Of a stretch of 64,000 nucleotides of DNA, positions 19,610 to 30,649 are shown in pieces; the first letter of the stretch is position 1, and each line of letters begins with the position of its first letter. The position numbers and the translations under genes are program-made. The notes below the pieces were generated by a model. The model made no database searches. It saw only the letters and a list, made by a program, of their open reading frames with translations, and was not told where the DNA came from. The stretch is from a virus, in IMG/VR virus record IMGVR_UViG_3300023179_000074, positions 1 through 64,000 of that record; one strand, 5' to 3'.

Positions 19610-22600
19610 TTAAATTCCAAATACAAAGGCTCCGTTAGAAACATAACCTGGATTATTGCCAAGTATGTTGTATGTTAAAAAGCTTGATGATAGTGTATTG
19701 CTAAAATTAACAGAATCGACATCTGGAGCTAATTTATACATAGTATTAGTTATATTAATTATTTTACCGTTTACATATTTAAATATAGTTTTAAAAATAT
19801 AGAATACGTTAGAGATATCTCTACCTAGATAACTTATACAGTATTGACCGGTGTCGTCATTATAATTAAATAATGGCTTGTCTATCTCAACAATATTTAC
19901 ATTAATACTATTTCCAGATAACGAAAACAATCTTAAATGTTCAAAAGTAAGTGTGTTGCTAGATTCTAAAGGATATATTTTATTATAAGCTAGTGTATCA
20001 ATATTAACTGTATAAATTTCTGGATAAATTATTTTATAATTTGTAGCGCTTAATTCGTGAAATAGTATTGTTTTGCAGAAGAATAAAACATTATCTGTCT
20101 CGTCAAACCAAACTGTAGAAATTTTTTCTAATTTTTTATAATCACCCCTTAAAAAGAAACAATCATTTCTACTTCTGTTTATTATAATATTATTTTCATA
20201 ATCAAATATTATTTTATCAAAAACTAAGTAGTTTTCTGTATCAAATTGTATTGTATCGTAATAAAGATCAAAATTAATTAATTTATTTTTTAATTCATTA
20301 TTAATACCGTCATTATATTTTGTATACATACCACTTAATGCCGCAGAAGCAGGTATAATTATAGAAGAATTAGAATTTCTATAATACAACTCTCCATAAT
20401 CTAAATATTTTACTTGATATAAACTTCTTTTTCTATCTAAACCAGATAAACCTTCAATGACTTTTGTATCTCTTTGAGGAATGTGATAATCTAAGTATAG
20501 ACTTTTCTCATCGTAAGAAATGTTAAATTCAAGATCATTACCACAAGGTTCAGCACTGTTAACAAGAAAATAAGTACCATCATAAATAGTAATAGCGGAA
20601 GCCGGTGGTGTAAATAGAAAGTCACCTGAATATACAAAATTAGCTCTAAACGAAGGGCCGTTTTTATTTAACCCTGCATCAATTAATATATTATAATAAA
20701 GCGACCCGTCTTCAGGGTTGTACCCGGGGTCATCAGAAGAATAGTCTGTTAAAGGTACGCCTTCTACTGTAAAAGTAACACCATCATAAACATTGCATAA
20801 GAATGTTAATTGTACGTATGATGGGCAAAAAGATTCGGGGTAGAATCTATATGATACAACCGGATATGTTATGCTTGTTAAAGCAAACGTGGGTGTTCCA
20901 TTATTATAAGCGATACCTGAAAGGGGAGAAGGTGAGATAAAAGATGATCCTTGTGTATAATAACCGGAGCCGGGTGGTATATTATCTGTAGTTTTTAGAA
21001 TAATACCGGAATAGCCTTTATCTGCATCTATAGTAGTGTAATCAAAATTTGCCCCTGAAATACTGTCATTTAAAACATGACCATCTAATAATAAGCAAAA
21101 GAAAATATCTAAATTTTGATCACCACGGATATTAGATGCTTGCTTTAATGGATGTACATCTTTATAAAGACTAAATTCGTTACCATATATATCACTTTTT
21201 AGCTGAACAAGTGTTTTGTTAAGGGAATATAGTTTTTCTAATCTATTATCAATAGGAAATAGGTTAGAAGGTATTTTAGGGTAAATGTCTTCATTGGACC
21301 AAATATTTTTTAAGTCGCTTTTAAAAAAGTCTTGAGGGTCTGTGTAACGAGATAATCCCTGGTTTGAATAATTTAATGATTGCTCTCTGGTTTGATATGG
21401 TCTAAATGTTTGAAAGTAAGAGCTGGTTTCTGAATCACCAAATAAAAATTGATTAGAAAAATCTATTTTATTAAAATAATTATTTTCTAAAAATGTAAGA
21501 GGTGAGGTAAATTCTTCTTCTGTCAAGCCGGAGACATTTTCAAATTTTTGAGGATCGGGAAAAATGTAGATTGTATTTGCGCTTAAAGAATCACGATTTA
21601 TTGTAACGGTTAGGCCGAAGTTAGAAAAATTAGAAAAACCTATTTTATCGGGTTTAAAAAATAGCCCTATATCTTTTGAAGTGCGTAAAAATTCTTCGCT
21701 CGGTACAGCAGCAACACTAGGAAATCTTTTATTAATATAATTTGCAAATTCATTGTTTGCAGTAAAGAGAAGCCCAGATAAAAATTGATTAGATGTATTT
21801 CCGGTAGAAAGATAATAAAAATCTGTACCTATATATTTTTGAATAAGTTCTTTATTTAAATTTAAATTTAAATTATTACTATTATTATTATTGACCGTAT
21901 TAATAAAATCACTATCTTTTAAAAACGATAAATTACTGCTGTTTACGGTTGGTGAAATAGAAAAATTATTATTGCCTAGCTCAATTAAATAAAAAGGATA
22001 GCTTGTAATTGCATTAACAATTGAATAATTAAAATTTAAAAATAAATTAGGATCAATATTGTATTGATTTAAATTAAAATAATCTTTTAATAAACCGGAT
22101 TGAGTATCATAACTAGAAAAATTAAAATTAAAACTTGTATCTAAATAATTTGTATAGGTGTCGTATAAATCCTCAACATCAATAACCATATTGTTGCGAA
22201 TAGAGGAAAGAGAAAGATTTAAGTTTTTTATAAAATCTGTTAAATCTTCGGTTTCTAAGGATTTTGATATTTCATTATAAATTAATTTTTGTATACCGAA
22301 ATTTGATCCTTTTAAGTTATACCTGGTAACACCTGTTTTTACATCATCGCGCAAAGTACTATAGTATAAACAAATTTCTTTTATTTTTTCTGCAAAAAAC
22401 GGCACAGCAACTGCCAGATCTCTATTATTATTAAAATCTATATTCTTTAAAAATCTTTTCTCATCACTCGTAGTATAGTTAAGTACGATTTCATTAATTA
22501 ATTCCGTGTATAATGACCGGGTAGTAAGTTCCTGTACTTCGCGTTGAATATTTTTAACCTCATACCAGTTATTAAGATAAGACTGATATCTAGAAAGAAA

Positions 22601-22750
22601 ATCTTCTGAACTAGTGAACAAACTATTATTATACTTTAACCATTGTTGAAAGGTAAGTGGTTCAATGAAATCTATAGGATTTGTAGGGGGGACTAAAGAA
22701 GTTATTGATACTGAAAGTCTTTCGTCAATAAATCTACTAGAGCGTAACAT
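19610..22750 (-). CDS. Large baseplate-associated structural protein
   Basis: 1046 aa, late promoter TAAATA-N5-ATG, downstream of the gp6 block; no specific motif recognised. Confidence 0.5.
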   Translation of the reverse strand: MLRSSRFIDERLSVSITSLVPPTNPIDFIEPLTFQQWLKYNNSLFTSSEDFLSRYQSYLNNWYEVKNIQREVQELTTRSLYTELINEIVLNYTTSDEKRFLKNIDFNNNRDLAVAVPFFAEKIKEICLYYSTLRDDVKTGVTRYNLKGSNFGIQKLIYNEISKSLETEDLTDFIKNLNLSLSSIRNNMVIDVEDLYDTYTNYLDTSFNFNFSSYDTQSGLLKDYFNLNQYNIDPNLFLNFNYSIVNAITSYPFYLIELGNNNFSISPTVNSSNLSFLKDSDFINTVNNNNSNNLNLNLNKELIQKYIGTDFYYLSTGNTSNQFLSGLLFTANNEFANYINKRFPSVAAVPSEEFLRTSKDIGLFFKPDKIGFSNFSNFGLTVTINRDSLSANTIYIFPDPQKFENVSGLTEEEFTSPLTFLENNYFNKIDFSNQFLFGDSETSSYFQTFRPYQTREQSLNYSNQGLSRYTDPQDFFKSDLKNIWSNEDIYPKIPSNLFPIDNRLEKLYSLNKTLVQLKSDIYGNEFSLYKDVHPLKQASNIRGDQNLDIFFCLLLDGHVLNDSISGANFDYTTIDADKGYSGIILKTTDNIPPGSGYYTQGSSFISPSPLSGIAYNNGTPTFALTSITYPVVSYRFYPESFCPSYVQLTFLCNVYDGVTFTVEGVPLTDYSSDDPGYNPEDGSLYYNILIDAGLNKNGPSFRANFVYSGDFLFTPPASAITIYDGTYFLVNSAEPCGNDLEFNISYDEKSLYLDYHIPQRDTKVIEGLSGLDRKRSLYQVKYLDYGELYYRNSNSSIIIPASAALSGMYTKYNDGINNELKNKLINFDLYYDTIQFDTENYLVFDKIIFDYENNIIINRSRNDCFFLRGDYKKLEKISTVWFDETDNVLFFCKTILFHELSATNYKIIYPEIYTVNIDTLAYNKIYPLESSNTLTFEHLRLFSLSGNSINVNIVEIDKPLFNYNDDTGQYCISYLGRDISNVFYIFKTIFKYVNGKIINITNTMYKLAPDVDSVNFSNTLSSSFLTYNILGNNPGYVSNGAFVFGI

Positions 22751-22758
22751 TTAAATAT

Positions 22759-25224
22759 TTAATTGTTATATACGATGTCGCTAGCACTTAATATCAATCT
22801 AAGACCTTTAGTCAACTCATAATTTATTAAACTATCCATTATTCCATTTGTTTTGGTCCATTCTTTAAATGAACTGTTTGTAAAGTTAATGGTGGTAAAC
22901 GGTGATTCCCAGTCAATTATATTATTAAAGTAATTATCGTTATAAACATCAACAAATTCATAAAATTTATAAAAATCACTAATTCTTGAGCCAGACAACT
23001 TTCCTGGTATAACCAAACTCCAACCCCAACTGCTATTAAACGATGAAAGAGGTATAACATCACCGTAGCTATACCCTTGTATAGTTATGCTATTAACTAA
23101 CGAGTATAGCCCTGAAAATGTCTCATACGCGACTACTGGGTAACCGGCTGTAATATATGAAGTTTTAGTAGAGAGTTCAGAACCTCTATTCTTTGCATAA
23201 TTATCATTAAATTGTGTACCTTTTTTACTAAAATCTAAATTAAATCTATTTCTATTTCCCCATAAATTAGAATGTTTTATTGATAAAATATTTACTAATC
23301 TCGTTAGTTGAGGTGGAAAGGGATAGTTGTATTGTTCGAACTGTATAGACAGTTCTTTACAAAAAGAAATTAATGCGTCAAGATTACATTTATCAATATC
23401 TGATTTATTACTCACAAAGTTTGCTATTTTTTCATATACTGTTTTACCTAATTCGTAGGGCTGTGCGGTAATACCTCCTACTATTGTACCTATAAAACTA
23501 TTAAAAAGATTAAATTTATCTTCTAAAACTTCACTGAAAATTAACGACTTATAAAACCCAGCTGCATCAAAATTTTCATTTACTTTACTAATGCTATATT
23601 GACCTGAGAGAGGTAATATATTAAAGAAATTGCTTTCACCGGTTATAGTTCTTACTAGTGTTGTAGGTATCATTCGCTTATTAATCCATCTTGTGCCTAA
23701 CCAGTCACCGTAAGCTTGAAAGCTACGCTCAGCGAATGTGCTTAAAATATTTGTAGGTGATTCACCGGGTAGAATTAAATCAACACTATTTAAATAATTT
23801 ACACTACTTACTTTAGGTGCTAAGGTATCTATAAAATATAATTTTTGATCAAAGTTATTTAAAATCCATAAGAAATCATTTGTATCACTTGCTAGTCCGC
23901 CTATACTTCCTATATAACTTGTAGAGTTAGCTGAACCTGCAATATAATTTGATGTACTACCATTTACACCATCAATTCTTGTTATAGTATCTCTATCTTG
24001 CGCAACCCATAAATTTTGAAACATATCTGTTGTTGCATTATGAATAAATTTAAATCCTGATATAGGATATCCAGAAGATAAATCCCCACGAGTATTAAAT
24101 TTATAAACATAGTCATTTCTACCTGATAGGGTATATCCAGAAGCGGCTAAATTATATGCTGTTACCCATACGTTTTTATTTCTATCAATAATAATTTCTG
24201 CGGGTGAATGAAGAGGTATAAATGGTACAACACAAAGCAACGAACCGTATGTACTATATTTTGCAATAAAACCGCAAACCGGGTGTGTATATGAAACCCA
24301 TATATCATTATTAAAATCTGAATCTATACTTACGGGGTATACAAGATTTTCTCCAGCAAACCCGCTCAAAAACGGTAAGTGGTAATCTCCACTAAGAAAA
24401 TAACATATATTTGTTACATCTGGATATGCATTTGAAAGCATGTAGCCGGATTTACCATCTATTTTAATACTTGAAACAGCATCAGCTAAGCAAAACCATA
24501 AATTATTTTCTCCATCTAAAGTAATAGATGCAGGGGCAGCGCTACTTAAAATTGGATTAAGTAGGTTTACATATTCTTTAATACCAGTGTTAGGGTTTAT
24601 ATATGGGTAAGCAGAAAGAGTGAAAGATGAGAGAAGTACACCCTCAGCGGTAAATTTAATTAATGAATCTCTCGAACCATCAGCAAACCACGCTTGATAA
24701 TCTTCTCCTATACCTGCGCCGGAGGGAGCAACTTGAATTGCATATACATTTCTATTATTATAGTTATAAACAAAATTTTTAGCGGCAGATATACTTAGAG
24801 TCACCCCACCTAAGCAGGAGCCATAAATTTGTTCTCTAAATAATCTTACTAAAACATCATACTGAGGTACTGCTGCCCATCCGATGAAGGTATCTTTAGG
24901 ATAATTAATCGGGTCCTTAACTGTCATTCTAGCAGTTAATTGCAAGTTGTAAGTAGGTTCATTAACTATAAAATAACCTTTAAAAAACGCACCGATACTT
25001 CTAGGTATTTCATCGTTAAAATCATCAAAAAATTGTACCCCGGTGACCGGATAAAAATTACTACCTTCTTTTCTTTGTAGACCAAAGTTTACATTAAAAG
25101 ATGTTAGTCCAGATAAAGAAGAATCCGTAACAGATGAATAGATTGGAGGGTAGGTTTTTGTTGTAAAATTATCCGCATCTTTCATTTTAATAAGAAAAGG
25201 AATTTCAGTATTTTGCCAACTCAA
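22759..25224 (-). CDS. Baseplate-associated beta-propeller protein, probably the C-terminal part of a gene split from 25221..26219
   Basis: Repeated D..NN(L/I/V)W(V/F) propeller blades; frame stays open upstream of the TTG to about 25266. Confidence 0.6.
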   Translation of the reverse strand: MSWQNTEIPFLIKMKDADNFTTKTYPPIYSSVTDSSLSGLTSFNVNFGLQRKEGSNFYPVTGVQFFDDFNDEIPRSIGAFFKGYFIVNEPTYNLQLTARMTVKDPINYPKDTFIGWAAVPQYDVLVRLFREQIYGSCLGGVTLSISAAKNFVYNYNNRNVYAIQVAPSGAGIGEDYQAWFADGSRDSLIKFTAEGVLLSSFTLSAYPYINPNTGIKEYVNLLNPILSSAAPASITLDGENNLWFCLADAVSSIKIDGKSGYMLSNAYPDVTNICYFLSGDYHLPFLSGFAGENLVYPVSIDSDFNNDIWVSYTHPVCGFIAKYSTYGSLLCVVPFIPLHSPAEIIIDRNKNVWVTAYNLAASGYTLSGRNDYVYKFNTRGDLSSGYPISGFKFIHNATTDMFQNLWVAQDRDTITRIDGVNGSTSNYIAGSANSTSYIGSIGGLASDTNDFLWILNNFDQKLYFIDTLAPKVSSVNYLNSVDLILPGESPTNILSTFAERSFQAYGDWLGTRWINKRMIPTTLVRTITGESNFFNILPLSGQYSISKVNENFDAAGFYKSLIFSEVLEDKFNLFNSFIGTIVGGITAQPYELGKTVYEKIANFVSNKSDIDKCNLDALISFCKELSIQFEQYNYPFPPQLTRLVNILSIKHSNLWGNRNRFNLDFSKKGTQFNDNYAKNRGSELSTKTSYITAGYPVVAYETFSGLYSLVNSITIQGYSYGDVIPLSSFNSSWGWSLVIPGKLSGSRISDFYKFYEFVDVYNDNYFNNIIDWESPFTTINFTNSSFKEWTKTNGIMDSLINYELTKGLRLILSASDIVYNN

Positions 25225-26219
25225 TTCGGGAAAATAAAATTTTGTAGTGGATAGTACTCCTTCACATCAATACCTGTAGTGGTGATATTAAGTTTTTCAG
25301 CGGGGTTGTGTCTAACTTTAATAATAGGCAGTACAGCTGGCTTAATATTATTATACCCATAAGGTGGGTAAGATATATCTCTGTATGAATCGCTGTTTAT
25401 AGTATATCTATCGGGAAATTTTGAATTATCTAAAGTTGCAAATATAAAAATAGGTGGTTCTCGTGAAGTATAGTTTTTAGTTACATCGTCAACATAAAAA
25501 AATTCGTATGAAGCGGTTGTACCTACAAAAAAACTACCAATATCATTTTTATTACAAATTCTAAAAGACTTATTATCTATTTTAGCAAAAATAGGTTCAC
25601 CGGCTTTAGTTATCCTATCAACTGATTGATACTCAAACGAGTCGCCAACAGGAGTTTTTATATAAAACCGACTTAATGCTCTTAAATGAGACCATTTATC
25701 ATCATAAAAATTATCTATATTTTGAAATTGCCCTAGAGCTCCGGATGCATAGAGATGGACAGTGTATCCCGTACTACTCAATGCATTGTAAGACTGCCAG
25801 CTTGTTTGTCTTAATAATTCTATAGGCTCAATAATCTTACTAGCTGGAACATCGTAAATAAAACGTCTAAAATCTTTAAAAACTAATTGATCTCTTATAA
25901 AATCATAAACCTTTATGGTAGGTTGATATGAACTATCGTAAGCATTACCGAATTTATCATATACTGTGAGTCTTACTTTGTAGTCACCGGGCCACTTATA
26001 ATAATGAGTTGCAGTTAGAAGACTTGAAAAAGTACCATCACCAAAATCCCATCTTAACAATTTATTAGAAATAGAGTCATCAGAAGAGAGAACTGGAGAG
26101 GTAAGAAAATCGGGAACAAAAGTTAGTGAAGTTTGTGGAAGTGTGAAGGCAGAAAGTACAGCTCTACCTGTAAAGTCATTAGCTCTAAAATATACATAAG
26201 TATAATTTACAGAAGCCAT
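25221..26219 (-). CDS. PKD-domain structural protein (N-terminal part of probable split gene)
   Basis: WDFGDGT...THYYKWPGDYKVRLTVYD PKD signature. Confidence 0.7.
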   Translation of the reverse strand: MASVNYTYVYFRANDFTGRAVLSAFTLPQTSLTFVPDFLTSPVLSSDDSISNKLLRWDFGDGTFSSLLTATHYYKWPGDYKVRLTVYDKFGNAYDSSYQPTIKVYDFIRDQLVFKDFRRFIYDVPASKIIEPIELLRQTSWQSYNALSSTGYTVHLYASGALGQFQNIDNFYDDKWSHLRALSRFYIKTPVGDSFEYQSVDRITKAGEPIFAKIDNKSFRICNKNDIGSFFVGTTASYEFFYVDDVTKNYTSREPPIFIFATLDNSKFPDRYTINSDSYRDISYPPYGYNNIKPAVLPIIKVRHNPAEKLNITTTGIDVKEYYPLQNFIFPN

Positions 26220-28078
26220 TAATACTCCTTAGTTAGTGATGTTATAGAAGGCGTAATTATTCTTATCTTATTTGCAAAATCAAGAGAATTATTAAGAAAT
26301 GGGTATTTAAAGTAAGGCAGTTGATAATCTTGTGTTGTTACAGTTATATCTTTTTCGGGATATACGGGATTATAAACTACTAAACAAACTCCTGGGATTG
26401 TAATTGTTGTATCACCTTCAATTCTTTTAGTATTAATATCAATAATTCCGGATTCAGGAATTGCTAAAATTTGATTGGTAATTTCGGTAATATTTATTAC
26501 AGATCCTAAATTGTCTCTTAGAGTAGAAAAATAATTTCTAAAAATTTTCGTAATTTGATCTTTTAATGCTTCTGGGTTTCTTTTAGAAGTAATGTCACGT
26601 GAGATTTCTAGAAAACTGTTGTCTGAAATACTGGGTGATAAAGGCTCTCCAGGAAAATTAGTACCTATATCTACAGCTACATAGACGGGATCATTAACTA
26701 TAATTTCAGAAGTGGTTACTTTTACTTTTTGCAAGTCATTTAATATAAGTTGTTTTTGCGCGGAGTTTAAATAGCTACCTCTGGTTGTGAGTGATGTGAG
26801 TTTTTCGAGCTTAGGTACAGCATACAAATATATATTATTAAAATTACAAGAGTCAGCAAATTTTACTTGATTAAAAAGAACTCTACTTTCGAGATTAGGC
26901 CTAGAAACACCCAAATCAAAGTAATATTTTAAATGACCTGAAATATAATCCCAATTATTTACCGCTTTAACAGACGAAATAATATTACTGTAGTTTTTAC
27001 TTACATAATTTATAAAATCTTCAGCGGTTATAAGCCTATATTGACTTCTAAATGTATTGGATGCATTGTTTTTTATGTTCGATACGGATTCTCTAGGTAT
27101 ATAAGTTGTACTCGCATCTATATTACTAAACTCTATATTATTAACTTGCTGTGTAGTAATAATATTAAGATTTTCTGGTGTTGTATCGGTTCGAATGGTA
27201 TTAAATCTTGTTGTGTTATAGAAAAACATTTTATTATTGTTTAGTAACCCGGGACCTACTTCACCGATAACACCATTGGTCTTTAAATAATATATTGCAA
27301 CTTCATCACCGGGATTTAACTGCTTTCCAGTTACGTTATTACCAAATCTTATTTCATATCTCTCATTTTCGTTTAATCTAATTTCATAAACTTCAGAGTT
27401 ACTTCTTTCTAAAAATAAAGACTGGACAGGCGACCATTTAGACCACTTAGGACTATCAACCGTATTATCTTTTACGTAAACATCTATATTAAAATGATCA
27501 ATAGGTACGTTTTGGCCTGTAGCGTCAACCACAGTAAGGGTTAATGTTTCGAAAGGCTCACCTACTCCAACATAAATAGGATATTCTGAATATATACCTT
27601 GATATAATAGATTATTATCTTGAAGATCGGTTAAAATTTCAGTATCACTAGAATTTTTTATAAACGTAACGTCTTTATTAAAGCTATAATTTGTACCGTT
27701 TATAGAAAAATATGAATATCTCGGAATCGTATATGTGTTAGGTGGTAGAGAAGCATTAGCTTGTGCTAAAAAAGAAAGTATAGCAGTTTGATTGCCTACG
27801 GGATTATAATTTAAAATTTTTACTATTTTGTTTACGTTTTCAAATAATTCAGCAGTAGTAAAGGTGCTTTCAGAACCAGTTCTATTAAGATAAAATAAGA
27901 GAACATGATATGCATAAGCAATAATATCTATTAAGGAAGAAAGATTACTACCTTCAAAGTTTTGATCAGTAAAAAAATTATTAGAGTTTAATCGAGTAAT
28001 TATTAGACTCTTTAAGCTTTGTGCATCAAACGCAACATAGCTATCTTTCTCTAAAGTAAAATCGTTAAATTCAGCCAT
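26219..28078 (-). CDS. gp6: Baseplate wedge subunit, T4 gp6-like
   Basis: FTDQNFEGSNLSSLIDIIAY, YEIRFGNNVTGK, RLITAEDF. Confidence 0.9.
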   Translation of the reverse strand: MAEFNDFTLEKDSYVAFDAQSLKSLIITRLNSNNFFTDQNFEGSNLSSLIDIIAYAYHVLLFYLNRTGSESTFTTAELFENVNKIVKILNYNPVGNQTAILSFLAQANASLPPNTYTIPRYSYFSINGTNYSFNKDVTFIKNSSDTEILTDLQDNNLLYQGIYSEYPIYVGVGEPFETLTLTVVDATGQNVPIDHFNIDVYVKDNTVDSPKWSKWSPVQSLFLERSNSEVYEIRLNENERYEIRFGNNVTGKQLNPGDEVAIYYLKTNGVIGEVGPGLLNNNKMFFYNTTRFNTIRTDTTPENLNIITTQQVNNIEFSNIDASTTYIPRESVSNIKNNASNTFRSQYRLITAEDFINYVSKNYSNIISSVKAVNNWDYISGHLKYYFDLGVSRPNLESRVLFNQVKFADSCNFNNIYLYAVPKLEKLTSLTTRGSYLNSAQKQLILNDLQKVKVTTSEIIVNDPVYVAVDIGTNFPGEPLSPSISDNSFLEISRDITSKRNPEALKDQITKIFRNYFSTLRDNLGSVINITEITNQILAIPESGIIDINTKRIEGDTTITIPGVCLVVYNPVYPEKDITVTTQDYQLPYFKYPFLNNSLDFANKIRIITPSITSLTKEY

Positions 28079-28079
28079 A

Positions 28080-28565
28080 TTATTTATTTACAAAATTAAA
28101 CCCAGAATTACTTAATATTCCGGATATACTAAAGCTAGAGTCAGTGCGTATAGAAGGAACGGAGATAATAAGAGTAATTAAGTACTGTGAGTTTGCCTCG
28201 TCTACAACAACATTTATATTTTGCAATACTACTCTTGGTTCAAAAGTACTTATCCCCTCTAAAATTTTAGTTCCAATTTGGTTTGCAGTAATTTCATTTA
28301 ATGGTTGAAACAAATATTGTACTAAATTAAGGCCAAATAAAGGGTTTAAAATTTTTTGCCCAGGTAATGTGTTGAAAAGATTAAAAATAGAGTTTTTAAC
28401 TGCACCGTAATCGTAATTAATAATTAAATCTCTTACTTCTTTTCTTTTTTGAAACTCATTATTTCTTGTATAATCGAATTCAATATCAAGCTTTAAATCT
28501 GTGTAAGTAAACGAGCTATTACTCTTTATAGGTTGCTTAATAGAGTTAACTTTTATTGTAGCCAC
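28080..28565 (-). CDS. gp25: Baseplate wedge protein gp25-like
   Basis: AVKNSIFNLFNTLPGQKILNPLFG...FEPRV; start moved to GTG 28565, 5 nt after TAAATA. Confidence 0.85.
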   Translation of the reverse strand: MATIKVNSIKQPIKSNSSFTYTDLKLDIEFDYTRNNEFQKRKEVRDLIINYDYGAVKNSIFNLFNTLPGQKILNPLFGLNLVQYLFQPLNEITANQIGTKILEGISTFEPRVVLQNINVVVDEANSQYLITLIISVPSIRTDSSFSISGILSNSGFNFVNK

Positions 28566-28635
28566 AATAGTATTTATCTGCATTTAATTGGTTTAAAAAC
28601 AGTTTTATACTATATCAAAACAATAAATAATTTAA

Positions 28636-29244
28636 ATGAGTAAGAAATTTGTCAAGATATACGAATCTCACATGCAACGGTATACAGGACAGGGTTTTTT
28701 AGCTGGAGACGTTGTAGTTTTTAAGAAAGATGCACTTAAGGATACGTGGTTCCAGTCATTAGGTTCTAATACACAGGAGAAAATAAAAAGTATGATTTCT
28801 AGCGGACTAAATTTAAGGATATCAGCAATTAAAAATATTTACCCCAATGTAAAGGGTGCAGGTAATACGGATTATACGGGTAGTGATGTTAATGTAGATA
28901 TTACTTCTGAAATAGCCCCGGGCAGATATATGGATTTTGTAACTGTACCGGGCAGAATGCTAGAGCCTGTAAGTTCATACCCTAATTTACCTGATGTACC
29001 TGAAAAGTTCAAAGCAGATGATCCTTCAAAGAGAGTAAATATTAAACCAAAGAAAGTAAAGGACGAGCAACAAGAAGTTCCATTTTATTCGCCAATGAAT
29101 ACCCGTTTATCTGATTTAGGTAATAAAAAGCTATCTACGGGTGATAGGGTTTTAAATAATACTAATGTAAGGATACCTTCTAAGCCTGCAGAAGGTGCAT
29201 CTGATCCCGCGTCATACACAGCTAACTACCTGCCTAAAAGCTAA
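28636..29244 (+). CDS. Hypothetical late protein
   Basis: Own TAAATA-N6-ATG; 202 aa. Confidence 0.7.
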   Translation: MSKKFVKIYESHMQRYTGQGFLAGDVVVFKKDALKDTWFQSLGSNTQEKIKSMISSGLNLRISAIKNIYPNVKGAGNTDYTGSDVNVDITSEIAPGRYMDFVTVPGRMLEPVSSYPNLPDVPEKFKADDPSKRVNIKPKKVKDEQQEVPFYSPMNTRLSDLGNKKLSTGDRVLNNTNVRIPSKPAEGASDPASYTANYLPKS

Positions 29245-30170
29245 AATACATCAGACAGGCTTATTAGGCAAGAATAGCAATTAATTTCCTGATCAGCAAC
29301 AAAAGAACTTCTATAAATATGCTCAGCAACTACTAAGAGACATTTCTTTTTTTGAATATTATCAATGTTAAGAGTATCGATGTAATTAAACAAATCTCTT
29401 AAAAGAGTAAGATAGTCAGAATTAAAGGAATTCTCATTTTCAATAAGAGCTCTTCTAATAGATGTAATGTTTTTCTTTGCTATTTCGTTAAAAATAAGCT
29501 CGCAAACATCGTTCTTGTTACTTTCAGGGAGTAATAATGAGCCAGAGCTTGAAAATTTTTGTAGTTCATTAATAATCTTTCTTAAGTCTGGATAAAGCCT
29601 CTTAATAAATGATAAGAGCTTTGCTTTTTCACCTTCATTTACTGAGATTTTTTCATTTTTAAGAATAAATGCACATCTCTTTAAGACACCATCAAACGGG
29701 GGTGTAAGATCTAATGCTTGACAACGACTTTGTAGCGGTAAAATAACCTTGTATGAATAATTAGCTGTAAGAATAAAGCGGGTAATATGAGCGAATTCCT
29801 CCATTGTATTTCTGAGTGCGCGTTGAGCATCAATAGACAAGCCGTCTGTCTCATCTAAAATAATTACTTTAATTTTACCATCAATACTCCTAGTTTGCGC
29901 AAAGCTAGTAACTTTACTTCTGATAGTGTCAATACCGTTTTCATCGCTTGCATTAATATAAAGATATTGACAATCTAAAATACTGTTAACAATAATTTTA
30001 GCTAATGATGTTTTACCGAGCCCGGGGGTACCTGTAAATAAAAGGTTAGGTATTTCTTTAGTGGTTTTATAGGTTTCTATTATTTTTTTGTTAGATTCTG
30101 TAACAATAAAACTAGATATATCTTTTGGACGGTATTTCTCTACCCACAGACTGTTAAAGTCGGTATTCAT
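29241..30170 (-). CDS. gp44: Clamp loader AAA+ subunit (gp44/RFC-like)
   Basis: LWVEKYRP, GTPGLGKT, INASDENGIDTIR, ILDETD, LQSRC. Confidence 0.95.
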   Translation of the reverse strand: MNTDFNSLWVEKYRPKDISSFIVTESNKKIIETYKTTKEIPNLLFTGTPGLGKTSLAKIIVNSILDCQYLYINASDENGIDTIRSKVTSFAQTRSIDGKIKVIILDETDGLSIDAQRALRNTMEEFAHITRFILTANYSYKVILPLQSRCQALDLTPPFDGVLKRCAFILKNEKISVNEGEKAKLLSFIKRLYPDLRKIINELQKFSSSGSLLLPESNKNDVCELIFNEIAKKNITSIRRALIENENSFNSDYLTLLRDLFNYIDTLNIDNIQKKKCLLVVAEHIYRSSFVADQEINCYSCLISLSDVF

Positions 30171-30649
30171 TACTTCCCGGAAGACCCGAATCCCTTTTCT
30201 CCGCGTAATGATGCTTGTGGCTCACCCCATTCTACAGGCATTGATATATTAAAATACAGTACAAATTGTGCTATTCTATCACCCGCGGCGACTTTATAAT
30301 CGGTATCAGAAAAATTATAAAGCTTAATACCTGCGTCACCTCTATATCCGCAATCAATAATACCAGGGTGGGCAAAGATACTATGCTTAAATCCGAGGCC
30401 GCTACGAGATTCCACCTTAATCCAATAACCTTCTGGAATATCAGCAAATTTTAATCCAACACCCACGATTGCATAATTTTTTGCAGGAATAATCTTATCT
30501 TCAACAGAAAAAACGTCATACCCCGTGTCTGATTCATGGTTTTTTACTGGTAATTTTGCAAGTTCGTGCGTCTTTTCAAATTTTAAGACAGGTAAAAATC
30601 TAAGATTTGGATCGGTATCAGCGTTATTTACAGATTTTATAGAATACAT
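30170..30649 (-). CDS. dut: Trimeric dUTPase
   Basis: GYDV, SRSGL, GIID.GYRG, DRIAQ, RGEKGFGSSG; start moved to ATG 30649 because the ORF-track TTG is the -35 box. Confidence 0.95.
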   Translation of the reverse strand: MYSIKSVNNADTDPNLRFLPVLKFEKTHELAKLPVKNHESDTGYDVFSVEDKIIPAKNYAIVGVGLKFADIPEGYWIKVESRSGLGFKHSIFAHPGIIDCGYRGDAGIKLYNFSDTDYKVAAGDRIAQFVLYFNISMPVEWGEPQASLRGEKGFGSSGK

